64,000 bases of DNA from Bacteroidota bacterium (GCA_013286385.1 JABDFU010000005.1:8651-72650), one strand, 5' to 3'; shown: positions 28,929 to 38,664, counted from the first letter of the stretch. The notes: generated from the letters alone by a model not told the origin. Numbers and translations are program-made.

Positions 28929-30862
28929 AAAATTTCGGGAATTTCAGAATCTACATCTTTCTATTCTTGTTGTCTATTCTCTTTTACGGTAATAGTCTGT
29001 TCAACGGGCACAACCTCGACGACAGCACCATCACGACATCCAACCCTTTGGTAAGAAAAGGTATTGCTGCCATTCCTGAAATATTTACAAGTCCTTATTT
29101 TTCAGACGGCCACAACACTTTTGGATACCGTCCTATGACCAAAGCCAGTTTTGCCCTCGAATATTCCCTTTGGGGAGAAAACCTGTTTTTAAGCCACCTG
29201 GTAAACCTTTTAGTGTATGCCCTGGCTTGCTGCATTTTATACCGCACCCTGCTATTGCTTTTTAGCGAATACGGTCAGATCTATTCCCTGCTGGTATGCA
29301 TTTTGTTTTTGGCACACCCCATTCATACAGAGGTTGTGTGCAGCCTGAAGAACCGGGAAGTACTCTTCAGTTTTACAGGAGCCATCACTGCGTTTTACTT
29401 TTACCTCAGGTTTGCCCAATCCGGAAAATGGCTGGTCTTGTTACCAGCCCTGATCAGCCTGGCTTTTGCCGCATTTTCGAAGGAAGACGCCGCTGTTTAC
29501 CTGGTCATTATCCCCTTTTCCCTGTATTATTTCAGGAAAATAGAATGGAAAAAACTACTGGTAGTAGTTGCTAGTCTTGTTGTGCTTGTTTTGTTACTGA
29601 AATTGCTGGCTTCTGGCGCATTGCTCGTACGCCGCGAAACCAGAATCTTTTTATATTACGAAAACCCGCTGCTTTTTGACCCAGACAAATCTCATTTCAT
29701 CTCCATGACCTTTTCTACCCTGGCCCATTATATCCGCCTGCTTTTTCTGCCTTACCCCTTAATCTCTTATTATGGTTACAACGCATTTCCCATACCCGGC
29801 ATATACAATTATAAGACCATCGTTTCAGCGCTTTTAGTTGCCGTTTCCGTTGTTTTTTCAATACTGCAGTTCAGGAAAAGAACCCTTATAGGCTTCAGCA
29901 TTCTTTTCTTTTTTCTGGCAATTTCCCTGTTCACCAACAGTTTTTTTCCGGTGGCCGGAATCGTCGGAGACCGGCTTGCGTTCAATGCTTCTCTGGGATT
30001 TTGCATTTTTACAATAGCCCTGCTTTACAGGCTATTCAAATTAGACCCGGCTACAAGCAATTCCTTTCAACCCTTGTTTTTTTTCAGTAAAAACCAAGGG
30101 GTTCGAAATTCCACAATACTTGTACTTATAGTGTTCTGGGGACTTACCTTCAGTAGAAACTTCGAGTGGAAAGACATCCTCACCCTTACCGGCAGAGATG
30201 TTGAAAAAGCTCCCGAATCGTTGATGCTCAACACCCTTCTGGGGGGAGCCCTGCTGGATAAATCCAACAGCCCCCAAACCGATCCTGCACAAAAAAATGC
30301 CCTGACAGATCAGGCTGTTATCCATTATACCCGGGCCCTCAGCCTATACCCCAGACTGCCTGTAGTCTTAAATAACCTGGGAATGATTGAAGCCCTGGAC
30401 TATGCAAATTTCGACCAGGCGTTAGCTTATTTTTTGAAGGCCATCGAAGCCGAAAAAGGCCATGCCGAATACTACCTGAACGCTGCCAGCACATACGTCC
30501 GGTTAAACCGCAACAATGAGGCCGTCGATTTTTTCAGGCAGGCTATAGAGACCGATTCTACTTATGGAAAGGCATACCTGGCACTCTCCGATGCCCTGGT
30601 ATCCCAGGGTCGTCTGGACGATGCCATCAGCCTCCACCGGTTGGCCATCCGGAGGGGGGTTTATGCCAGGGAATACCCTACTTTTACAAAGCTCGGAGAC
30701 CTTTATTTAATGAAAAAAGATACAGCCTTGGCTGTTGAAGCCTACGGACAGGCCGTTTTAATCAATCCTTCCAACAAAGGCCTACTTCACAAAATTATCA
30801 GGTATTATCTAAATAGAGGCGAACCCGAAAAAGCAGCCCCCTTTCTTAAATTGCAGAAGTAA
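28925..30862 (+). CDS. TMTC-like GT-C membrane glycosyltransferase with C-terminal TPR repeats; paralog 4 of 4
   Basis: 645 aa, with the ATG overlapping the upstream stop (ATGA). Motifs: 'YGNSLFNGHNLDD', 'YRPM', 'HPIHTEVVCSLKNRE'. TPR repeats include VLNNLGMIEALDY, YYLNAASTYVRLNR, AYLALSDALVSQGR and TKLGDLYLMKKD. Confidence 0.78.
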   Translation: MKNFGNFRIYIFLFLLSILFYGNSLFNGHNLDDSTITTSNPLVRKGIAAIPEIFTSPYFSDGHNTFGYRPMTKASFALEYSLWGENLFLSHLVNLLVYALACCILYRTLLLLFSEYGQIYSLLVCILFLAHPIHTEVVCSLKNREVLFSFTGAITAFYFYLRFAQSGKWLVLLPALISLAFAAFSKEDAAVYLVIIPFSLYYFRKIEWKKLLVVVASLVVLVLLLKLLASGALLVRRETRIFLYYENPLLFDPDKSHFISMTFSTLAHYIRLLFLPYPLISYYGYNAFPIPGIYNYKTIVSALLVAVSVVFSILQFRKRTLIGFSILFFFLAISLFTNSFFPVAGIVGDRLAFNASLGFCIFTIALLYRLFKLDPATSNSFQPLFFFSKNQGVRNSTILVLIVFWGLTFSRNFEWKDILTLTGRDVEKAPESLMLNTLLGGALLDKSNSPQTDPAQKNALTDQAVIHYTRALSLYPRLPVVLNNLGMIEALDYANFDQALAYFLKAIEAEKGHAEYYLNAASTYVRLNRNNEAVDFFRQAIETDSTYGKAYLALSDALVSQGRLDDAISLHRLAIRRGVYAREYPTFTKLGDLYLMKKDTALAVEAYGQAVLINPSNKGLLHKIIRYYLNRGEPEKAAPFLKLQK

Positions 30863-30920
30863 AAGTAACCTTTTCATAACTTTTTACGTAAAAGTTCCGC
30901 ATTGGAAAACCTTTCTTCAC

Positions 30921-30928
30921 TAATTTTG
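30921..30928 (+). promoter_or_regulatory. Candidate -7 box (TAATTTTG) upstream of the 2510-aa gene
   Basis: Exact TAnnTTTG match in the 238-bp spacer, about 172 nt before the ATG at 31101. Confidence 0.3.
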
Positions 30929-30961
30929 CAAAAATCAATGTATCGGGTTTGTCAAGTCTTA

Positions 30962-30998
30962 TGTTAATGAATAGTTGATATTGTTAATGAATAGCTGA
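30962..30998 (+). promoter_or_regulatory. Two 17-bp direct repeats, 20 bp apart, upstream of the giant cargo gene (possible regulator binding sites)
   Basis: tgttaatgaatagttga (30962..30978) and tgttaatgaatagctga (30982..30998); 16 of 17 positions identical. Confidence 0.4.
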
Positions 30999-31100
30999 AA
31001 CCTTTTTTAGGTCATTTTCGTAGAATGTCTAAGAAATTGACATAATTTGAGGCGTAAATCATTAAGTGAGTAAGATAGAATGTATTTAAATCAGTAAGAT

Positions 31101-34100
31101 ATGAAGGAATTTACACACCGGTTTTACCTGAAAGCGAATTTTAAACTCATCCTGCTGTTAACGGTTTCCATGCTGGGTTGTTTTGTCAGGGCTTATGCAC
31201 AATCCGCGGTAGCCTTCACCGTTGCTCCTACACTTACTGTTTATCAGGGATATACAGGAACAGCCATACCTTCCACTTCGAGCTACCAGATTTTTTACGT
31301 TGATGGTGGCAGCAACGGAAACAAATCTCCTGTATTCGCCGCTGCAAGTCCGGGCAACAACTACAACAACGCCAGCTATTCGGCCTGTAATTCATGCTTC
31401 ACAAACAACCTTGCGGCCGGCCCTACAGATACCATGGATCACGTTTACAACGGGTATTACGGAAATGAAAGTAAGGTACTGAGTACGTATGCCCCCGGTA
31501 CATCCTTTATTTTTTCCTTTTCCTACAGCGGAGGCAGTGCTACCAATGACTTTTATGTAGAAGCTTCCCTGAGTTCATCCTTTACCAGCCCTATAGATTT
31601 CCTGATCAGCGGAGGGCCTGGTGCCGTTCTCCCTCAGCAAGGCGGCTCAACTGCCGCCACTATTACCTGGAATCCAAGTTCAGCCACCACATCTCCCGAT
31701 CTGCCCTATAACGCCACAGGATATTATTTCAGGATTAAGGCTGTAAATACATCTGCTCCGAACTCAACTACCTATTCGAATTTCGGAGCCCCGGTCATTT
31801 TGCAACTGGTTCCGATCACTTATTCAGCCACTACTTCCTCTCTGACATCCGGATTCGCAGTGGTCAGTTCAAACACCGCCGCCTTTGCCAGTGCGATACC
31901 AAACTCCCCGCTGGTATATGACGGAGAACCTGTATCCTTTAGCCTTACCATCAACGATCCCAGCAATTCAGGAGTTTACAATGTGTACTGGAAACAAAGC
32001 AACGGGTACAATTCCTGGTGGGGAGGTTCCGAATTTGGGTCAATGGGAGGAACCAGTGCAGGACCATACATCCTTTCAGGTTATACGGGTGTTGCAGATT
32101 TCGAAATTTCAGGCAACGACTGGTACTACAATACCATTCAGCCAACCTACTCCATGGCTACCAGTAACAACATCAACAACGCTTCCCTTTCCGTTTGCGA
32201 TGTTGCCCCGGCCGCAAACAGTATTTATGCCTTCCCGAGCTCCGATTACACGCCCAACATCATCACTCCGAGCGGCGGAACAGCTACCAGCAGTTTTACA
32301 CTTACTCCGATTTCTCACAATCAGGCAACCCCGAACTCAAATACCAGAGGGATGAATGGCTACCAGTTTGCCCCTGTAATTATGCAGACCTCTGTTGCGG
32401 GGAATGTGCTGGTCCTCACTCCGGGTTCCAACACCACCTTTGGTCCCGCTCCCGGATACCTGAATGAGGTTGCCATTACAACCAGCACCGCTACTGCTTA
32501 CGGAACCTCAGGTCCTGCCGGCAATCTGGATGCATCGGGATGGACTGCAGGTTCCTACTATGGAAACGGCATGAACGAAACCAGTGTCAACTGCTGCAGC
32601 AGTACAACAGGTCCATCACTTACCATATCAACAGCCTCACCGGTCTGTGTAGGAACAGGAGCATCTCTGGTCTGGACACCCGGTACCTCATCCACTTACA
32701 CCACTACTGCAACCACAACATTTTCCCTGTACGAACTGGGAAGCAGAAACGGCGGATCTCCTGGTGACAACGGAGCCGTTCCGGGAGATGTGAGCAGTTT
32801 CATATCCTCCACAACTCCAGGGGCAGGATCAACCTCTGTAACCCTGACAGTCCCGGCCAGTGCCATAGGTGCAAATTCCGATGTCGCCCCCCGTGGATTC
32901 GGAGTAATGGTCAGTGATGCGACAAGCCCCAACGGCTGTGGTGTCGGACACAACATTCTCTGCGGATCCTACGCCGCCACCCAATCTACAATCAATGCAA
33001 ACCAGCTCAGTGTTATGCCGGTATACATGTATCCTCCCGTCGATGTTTTTTGTCAGACTCCAAGTATTGATTTTCCCATTCAGCAAGGAGGCGGTGGCAC
33101 ACCCACTTCATGCTGTTCCGCCGGCAATGGCAGCGGAGCCACTGTCAGGACCACCTACTTTAAGGGAGCGTGCCCATTGCAGACCGGTATGGCTAACGCA
33201 AAACCCAGTGGTGGTGTTTTTTCCACTGCCAACGCAACCGTTGCGGCAGGCACTGCAATTTCCTATGTAGACACGAAATTGCTCAATAACAATACGGGCC
33301 CTGCCGGCATGAATGACATTTCCTACCTCGCTTATATTAACGAAGGCACGCCTTATTTGTATGCCTGTACAGGTGGTATGTGGTCAGGTAATGCCGGAGT
33401 CAGTAACGTTACCTCGGGATTGTACTATTCTGCGAGCCCTTACACTTCCTGGACAGCCGCCTCCGGAGCGTACTTTAACCCCATCTGGGCCAATGCGGTT
33501 GCTTCCATTAACAACTTCACCTATATGGCTGCAGGTTACAAAGACCCGGTGAACGGCCCCACTGCGCCGTCTTATTCCAACAACAACGGACTTTACAAGG
33601 AAACTTCAACAAATTCGCCTGCAGGTGGCTTTACAAAACTTACTACCGGCTTAAGCGCTTCAAATGGCGGTTCCTGCTTTACCTCCGTCGCTGGCACCGG
33701 CACCAACATCTTTGCCGGAACCTGGGGAATGGGCGTTGCTTATTCTCCGTCCAGTGGTTCTGCCAGTAGCTTTATATGGGCAAACGGTCTTGGCAGCGCC
33801 AACTCCAACGCAGCTGTTTCCACACAGCTGCTTGCCGATGCGGGCAGTGTTTCAAGCAGTCCGGGATCGGGCCGCTTGTGTATAACCTCACTTTACTATA
33901 TGACAGGCGTTGGCTTGTTCGCCGGCACACCCACAGGAGCCTGGTTTACAGCCGACACCGGCCATACCTGGACTCAGATCACAACAGGATACGTTAATTG
34001 CATCACAGCCGGAAGCGTTTCCGCGATTCCCGGCACCTCCACGGTATTCATCGGAACTGAAAACGCGGGAGTTACCAAAATGAGTATCACCACCTACAAT

Positions 34101-37100
34101 ACCGGAACAGCATCCCAGGGTGCTGCGAGCACAACAGTAAGTGCCACAGGCACGGCTGTTTTTACCTCCTCGATGTCCGGCGGGTGGCTGGTTTACACTT
34201 CCGGCGCCAATAGCGGAATGGGTGTCCGTATAACCAGTTATACAGGAGGCTCCTCCTCAGGAGGAAGCCTGGTCGTAAACAAGGCGCCCAGTACTGGGCT
34301 TACCAATGTTAGTTTTACCATTATAATGCCTATTACGGCTACTCAGGTAAACGGCAACTTTACAAGCGGTACCCTGCTCCCGTCTACCTCTTTATATGCG
34401 CCAACTAATCCCGTTACAGGTTTACAGGTGGTCAGGTCACTGTGCTATTCCAATAGTACACTTTATGCAGGAACCCCTTTTGGAACTTATTGGAGTACCG
34501 ATAATGGCTCTGACTGGTATACCTCCACTTATCCCGGAACAGTTGTTCAGAACCAATGGGTGACCGATGAAATTATCGACCCCAACACAACGGAAACCAT
34601 GACTGCATTTTTCGGTTCGGGCTACTGGACTCCTGAAGTCGCAGGTATGAACATAGGAAACCCTTATGGGGTTCCGTGGGCAGTTCCGATTTCCGGTTAC
34701 ACCAGTTCTTCAGAGGTTACAACGGCTTATCCAGCTGTCCGCACGCAGTTTACCAGTTACATCACCGAATCATTTTCAGGACTTTCTCAAACAGGCAGTA
34801 CGGTTACAATAGGTTCCGGAGATGCAACTGACGGACTCTTCCCTACCACCATTCCTGCAAACACCCCTTTAGTCTGGAATGACGGATCCTATGAATTGAT
34901 TACCTCAAACACATCTACTGCACTGACCGTTTCCGGCAATTATACCAAAAACAATGTACGGGCTGTAATTAACCCTGTCATTTCCCAAACAGGAGCCGGA
35001 GTCATTACCTTCTGGTCCTGGAGCCCTACCGACGGATTCACTTCAGATTACAACGGAGCCCAGATCACTTTGGCTGACGGTACAACAGAATACATTGGCA
35101 ACATTTCCGGCTCTTTTGCAGCAGGCACCTTTACTGCCCAGGCCTATACCAACGCAGCACTGACTATAGCCAGCTCTCATGCTACTGCGACACCCCAGAA
35201 TTTCACTGTCAATTGGTTTCCCATCATCGGTACCGGAACCTCTTTCACTTCAGCTATGGTAGGCGGCTCCCTTACCTTCATGTACCGGGGCAACCAAAAC
35301 GCTTCGTGGCAGTCTGTTCCGATTGTGGGATATTACAATTCAACACATTTGTTTACAACAGTTAATCAGGGGATCGTTTCCCAGCCTTATACCCTTACTA
35401 TGCCCATTTCCACAGCTGCTTCCATTACCGCCGCATTGAATACAGTAAACGACATGGTTACCGCTCTTGCCTCAAGCGGTGGTACCAATTTGTTTGTCGG
35501 CACTGCCTGTTCCCAGAACATGGGTCCTTCCGGTGGCTGGACAAATCCTACCTCAACTCCCACAGCTATGGATTTTGACAACCTGCCGACCTATTACAAT
35601 GGGGGTTCTTCCGGTGGCGTAGACTTGCCCTTTGCAACAACAAATTACTATTCACGCTACGAAGACGAAACCAACGCCTGCGGCAGCAACCATCCGACCG
35701 CCTGCGTGCTCATGACCGTTCCTGTTATTCCCAACAACTGGAGCTACAATACCGGATCTTCAATGGGCGCTCCCAGCGCACCCGGAGTTCCCGTTACAGT
35801 CACTTACGATATCAACCCATCGACCGGATATGTTTGCACAGGTGATACCAGCCACCTGACAGCCGCTTCCGGAGGAACCATCACATGGTCGGTTTCCGGC
35901 TGCAGTTCCGACTTCACAGTAAACTCCTCAACCGGATACACCTGGGCACAGGCAACCGGAGGAATAAATCAGGGAACCCTCAGTGTAACCTGGGGCGCTA
36001 CCGCCTGTACAGGCGCCAGTTTCTCTTATTCCACATCTTATTATACCGGAACATCCTCTGGTTGTTCCGCTTCTGCTTCATCCCCGGCCATGTCACCTAC
36101 CGTAACAATTACAGCTGTAACTGCACCAACAACAACGGGCAGCCAGACCATGTCGACTTGTGCAGGCAGTGCTACTCCTGGAACGGCTACGCTGCAGTAC
36201 ACCAATCCACCCGGTGCACCCTGCCTCTGGTACAGACAGCCCTTTGGGGATGCCGGGTTCCAGGCGATAACAGCGATGGCTGCCCCGGGCAGCGGATACA
36301 ATACAAATACGCTGAATCTGGAGTCGGGATACTCAGTTACCGAAGCCGGATACGGAGCTTCCAATCCCACCAACGGGGACCAATTTTACCTTGTAGGCGG
36401 CTCGGCTTGTCTTTCCACTGTGACTTCCCCGACCTATACGCTCACTGTCAACAATGCCGCACCAAGTACTACAAATGGTATGGTTTCAGGCGATTACGCC
36501 TGGGCAGGTTACTCATCCAACGATTATACCCTGGGCACCAACTGGCTGCAATGGGGTGGTGGCAGTACCTGGACGCTGATGACAGCTGCAAACTATCCAA
36601 CAGCCACAAACAATGTATTTATCAGCAATGGCACCCAGACCTGTCCTGGTTTCTCCTGGCCCCACGTTTCAGGAAGCACGCACTCATTATCAAACAACCT
36701 TACTGTAGACGCAGGTGCTTTCCTTTATATGGACAATGATTATTATGGTGCAGCTCCCAATCTGACTGCATCCGGCGCCATAGCCAACTACGGTACTATT
36801 TCATTCGCCACTTATTTTTCCGGTTCCTATCCCGGTGGGACATTATCCGGTGTCGGTGGTTTCACCAACGAATCCGGTGCAACCTTCGCCTTTGCTTCTT
36901 CCGCAGCTACCACAGCAGAGACACTTAGCGATGGCGGAAATTTTTCAAACCTGGGTACCTTCACTCAGGGATTAGGTACCGTCAACATGGATGGCACAGC
37001 CGATCAAAGTTTCACTACGGGTGGCAGCGGTATTACGCTGTACAATCTTACCATAGATAATACGGCTGCTGCAGGCAGCAATATTGTCAGTCTTAGTGAC

Positions 37101-38633
37101 GCCTCAGGTCCAGCAAATATAAATGTCACCAATAACCTTACCCTTACCGCAGGATTTTTGAGCATAGGTCCATACCCTGGCGCAGCCGGTACGGTTTTCA
37201 ATAACCTGATTTTATCCAAGGCAGTTGCCAACTTCAGCAATACAAGTTACATCATAACCAATCCGGGTGCAACCAGTGTAGCCAATTCAATCGGACTCGG
37301 GGAAAACAACATAGGTTATCTGCAAATTAACGGTTTGGGTAGTGGCGGAGCTTTAAGTACGGCTGCCATACCTTTCCCGATCGGTTCAAGCACTTCGAAT
37401 TTTACGCCGCTTTCCATAGCCAATACCAGTACAAACGTGTCTAATTTCAGTGCCTACGTCGAGCCGGGTGTTCAGACCCTGATGTATCCGACGAACTATG
37501 CTGCAGCCACACCCCTCAGTGTTGCATCGCCCAATTCTGCAACCCCCTTTACCTGGTACATATCATCATCTGCGGCCAGTCCAAGTGCAAACCTAACGCT
37601 CTACTCCAACAATCTGGGGGCAAATGGATTCACCATCGGCACACAAAGCACCATTGATCATTACACCGATCTTTTTGGCGGAGTCGCAAATGGTCCGGGA
37701 AATGCAAGCCAGGCAGCAGGTAATGTCACAGGGGCAGGAGGCACTGCCTTCAATAGTTACAAGGATCAAATGCTGCTGTATACAGAGGCTCCTTATATAG
37801 GTGAATACGCCGTTCTCCCGAGCGCTCCTTTAGCAGCCTCATTTACCACAACCTACTCAAGCCAGACGGTAACATCTTCGACCTATCAGATTCTTGGCTG
37901 GGTCAACCCGTCTGCTTTGGCGGCTACAACTAACCTTAACTCCAGTCAAACCTTGGGACCATGGACCATACCTACTGCAGGCGGATATTTCTCACAGTCC
38001 GTTTCCGGAATCAGCACCTTCTCCCCTTTTGCGATAAGCTTTAAAAAATCGGGACAGGTAGCGCTTCCGATTACACTCCTTGACTTCACTGCTACTCCAA
38101 TTTACACCAACAGAAGCGTTGATTTAAATTGGACAACCGCCAGCGAAACCAACAACGACTATTTCACACTTTTCCGTAGCAAGGACGCAATCAACTTTGA
38201 TCCCTTCATGCAGATACCAGGTGCAGGAACCACTTCCGAATTGCACAATTACCAGGAATATGACTTCACACCTTATTCAGGTTTGTCTTACTATCAGCTG
38301 AAACAAACCGACTTCGACGGAAAGTACACGTTCTCACAGATTGTGCCGGTTAACTTTGATTCCAATTCCGGTGGGGCAATGTCGGTCTTCCCTAGTCCTG
38401 CATCAAGCCAAAGTATAAATGTTAAATTGAACGGGCTTCCGGCAAATGAGCAGGTTTTACTTGTTCTGCTGGACGTACTTGGACAGACCATTTATTCCAA
38501 AGTCACATTTAGTGACCCGAACGGCAATATGGTTGAATCCATTAACCAGACCCAATTCTTGCCTGCCGGAGTATATACGGTAGTCGGTTCTTCCCAGTCT
38601 GCAATTTACAAACAGAAAATTATTGTAAAGTAA
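31101..38633 (+). CDS. Giant (2510 aa) secreted Ser/Thr/Gly/Ala/Asn-rich surface protein with a T9SS type A C-terminal sorting domain
   Basis: Single uninterrupted ORF. N-terminal signal peptide (KLILLLTVSMLGCFVRAYAQS), and Lys/Arg/Asp/Glu are sparse over most of its length. Two Asp-box/BNR-like motifs (TADTGHTW at about 33950, STDNGSDW at about 34495). A Cys-containing Ig-like segment at about 35.8-36.5 kb, then beta-helix-like N/G/T-rich repeats at about 36.6-37.3 kb. A conserved pre-CTD module (LLDFTATP...YYQLKQTDFDGKYTFS, about 38064..38357) precedes the terminal CTD (SVFPSPASS...GVYTVVG...KQKIIVK). Confidence 0.85.
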   Translation: MKEFTHRFYLKANFKLILLLTVSMLGCFVRAYAQSAVAFTVAPTLTVYQGYTGTAIPSTSSYQIFYVDGGSNGNKSPVFAAASPGNNYNNASYSACNSCFTNNLAAGPTDTMDHVYNGYYGNESKVLSTYAPGTSFIFSFSYSGGSATNDFYVEASLSSSFTSPIDFLISGGPGAVLPQQGGSTAATITWNPSSATTSPDLPYNATGYYFRIKAVNTSAPNSTTYSNFGAPVILQLVPITYSATTSSLTSGFAVVSSNTAAFASAIPNSPLVYDGEPVSFSLTINDPSNSGVYNVYWKQSNGYNSWWGGSEFGSMGGTSAGPYILSGYTGVADFEISGNDWYYNTIQPTYSMATSNNINNASLSVCDVAPAANSIYAFPSSDYTPNIITPSGGTATSSFTLTPISHNQATPNSNTRGMNGYQFAPVIMQTSVAGNVLVLTPGSNTTFGPAPGYLNEVAITTSTATAYGTSGPAGNLDASGWTAGSYYGNGMNETSVNCCSSTTGPSLTISTASPVCVGTGASLVWTPGTSSTYTTTATTTFSLYELGSRNGGSPGDNGAVPGDVSSFISSTTPGAGSTSVTLTVPASAIGANSDVAPRGFGVMVSDATSPNGCGVGHNILCGSYAATQSTINANQLSVMPVYMYPPVDVFCQTPSIDFPIQQGGGGTPTSCCSAGNGSGATVRTTYFKGACPLQTGMANAKPSGGVFSTANATVAAGTAISYVDTKLLNNNTGPAGMNDISYLAYINEGTPYLYACTGGMWSGNAGVSNVTSGLYYSASPYTSWTAASGAYFNPIWANAVASINNFTYMAAGYKDPVNGPTAPSYSNNNGLYKETSTNSPAGGFTKLTTGLSASNGGSCFTSVAGTGTNIFAGTWGMGVAYSPSSGSASSFIWANGLGSANSNAAVSTQLLADAGSVSSSPGSGRLCITSLYYMTGVGLFAGTPTGAWFTADTGHTWTQITTGYVNCITAGSVSAIPGTSTVFIGTENAGVTKMSITTYNTGTASQGAASTTVSATGTAVFTSSMSGGWLVYTSGANSGMGVRITSYTGGSSSGGSLVVNKAPSTGLTNVSFTIIMPITATQVNGNFTSGTLLPSTSLYAPTNPVTGLQVVRSLCYSNSTLYAGTPFGTYWSTDNGSDWYTSTYPGTVVQNQWVTDEIIDPNTTETMTAFFGSGYWTPEVAGMNIGNPYGVPWAVPISGYTSSSEVTTAYPAVRTQFTSYITESFSGLSQTGSTVTIGSGDATDGLFPTTIPANTPLVWNDGSYELITSNTSTALTVSGNYTKNNVRAVINPVISQTGAGVITFWSWSPTDGFTSDYNGAQITLADGTTEYIGNISGSFAAGTFTAQAYTNAALTIASSHATATPQNFTVNWFPIIGTGTSFTSAMVGGSLTFMYRGNQNASWQSVPIVGYYNSTHLFTTVNQGIVSQPYTLTMPISTAASITAALNTVNDMVTALASSGGTNLFVGTACSQNMGPSGGWTNPTSTPTAMDFDNLPTYYNGGSSGGVDLPFATTNYYSRYEDETNACGSNHPTACVLMTVPVIPNNWSYNTGSSMGAPSAPGVPVTVTYDINPSTGYVCTGDTSHLTAASGGTITWSVSGCSSDFTVNSSTGYTWAQATGGINQGTLSVTWGATACTGASFSYSTSYYTGTSSGCSASASSPAMSPTVTITAVTAPTTTGSQTMSTCAGSATPGTATLQYTNPPGAPCLWYRQPFGDAGFQAITAMAAPGSGYNTNTLNLESGYSVTEAGYGASNPTNGDQFYLVGGSACLSTVTSPTYTLTVNNAAPSTTNGMVSGDYAWAGYSSNDYTLGTNWLQWGGGSTWTLMTAANYPTATNNVFISNGTQTCPGFSWPHVSGSTHSLSNNLTVDAGAFLYMDNDYYGAAPNLTASGAIANYGTISFATYFSGSYPGGTLSGVGGFTNESGATFAFASSAATTAETLSDGGNFSNLGTFTQGLGTVNMDGTADQSFTTGGSGITLYNLTIDNTAAAGSNIVSLSDASGPANINVTNNLTLTAGFLSIGPYPGAAGTVFNNLILSKAVANFSNTSYIITNPGATSVANSIGLGENNIGYLQINGLGSGGALSTAAIPFPIGSSTSNFTPLSIANTSTNVSNFSAYVEPGVQTLMYPTNYAAATPLSVASPNSATPFTWYISSSAASPSANLTLYSNNLGANGFTIGTQSTIDHYTDLFGGVANGPGNASQAAGNVTGAGGTAFNSYKDQMLLYTEAPYIGEYAVLPSAPLAASFTTTYSSQTVTSSTYQILGWVNPSALAATTNLNSSQTLGPWTIPTAGGYFSQSVSGISTFSPFAISFKKSGQVALPITLLDFTATPIYTNRSVDLNWTTASETNNDYFTLFRSKDAINFDPFMQIPGAGTTSELHNYQEYDFTPYSGLSYYQLKQTDFDGKYTFSQIVPVNFDSNSGGAMSVFPSPASSQSINVKLNGLPANEQVLLVLLDVLGQTIYSKVTFSDPNGNMVESINQTQFLPAGVYTVVGSSQSAIYKQKIIVK

Positions 38634-38664
38634 AAGGACCGCTTAACCCCACGGGGCCTGGATT

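Noticed and set aside
35885-36739. 284-aa alternative-frame ORF inside the 2510-aa gene. Many 60-160-aa ORFs also overlap the three cargo genes.
   Set aside because: The Ser/Thr/Gly/Ala-rich codon composition of the main frame suppresses stop codons in the other frames. The products are Arg/Cys/Gln-rich and implausible, and the main frame is continuous with a signal peptide and a CTD.
38634-38664. Possible terminator between the convergent 2510-aa and 1306-aa genes (ccccacgggg).
   Set aside because: It has only a 4-bp stem with a 2-nt loop and no U-tract, which is too weak to call.
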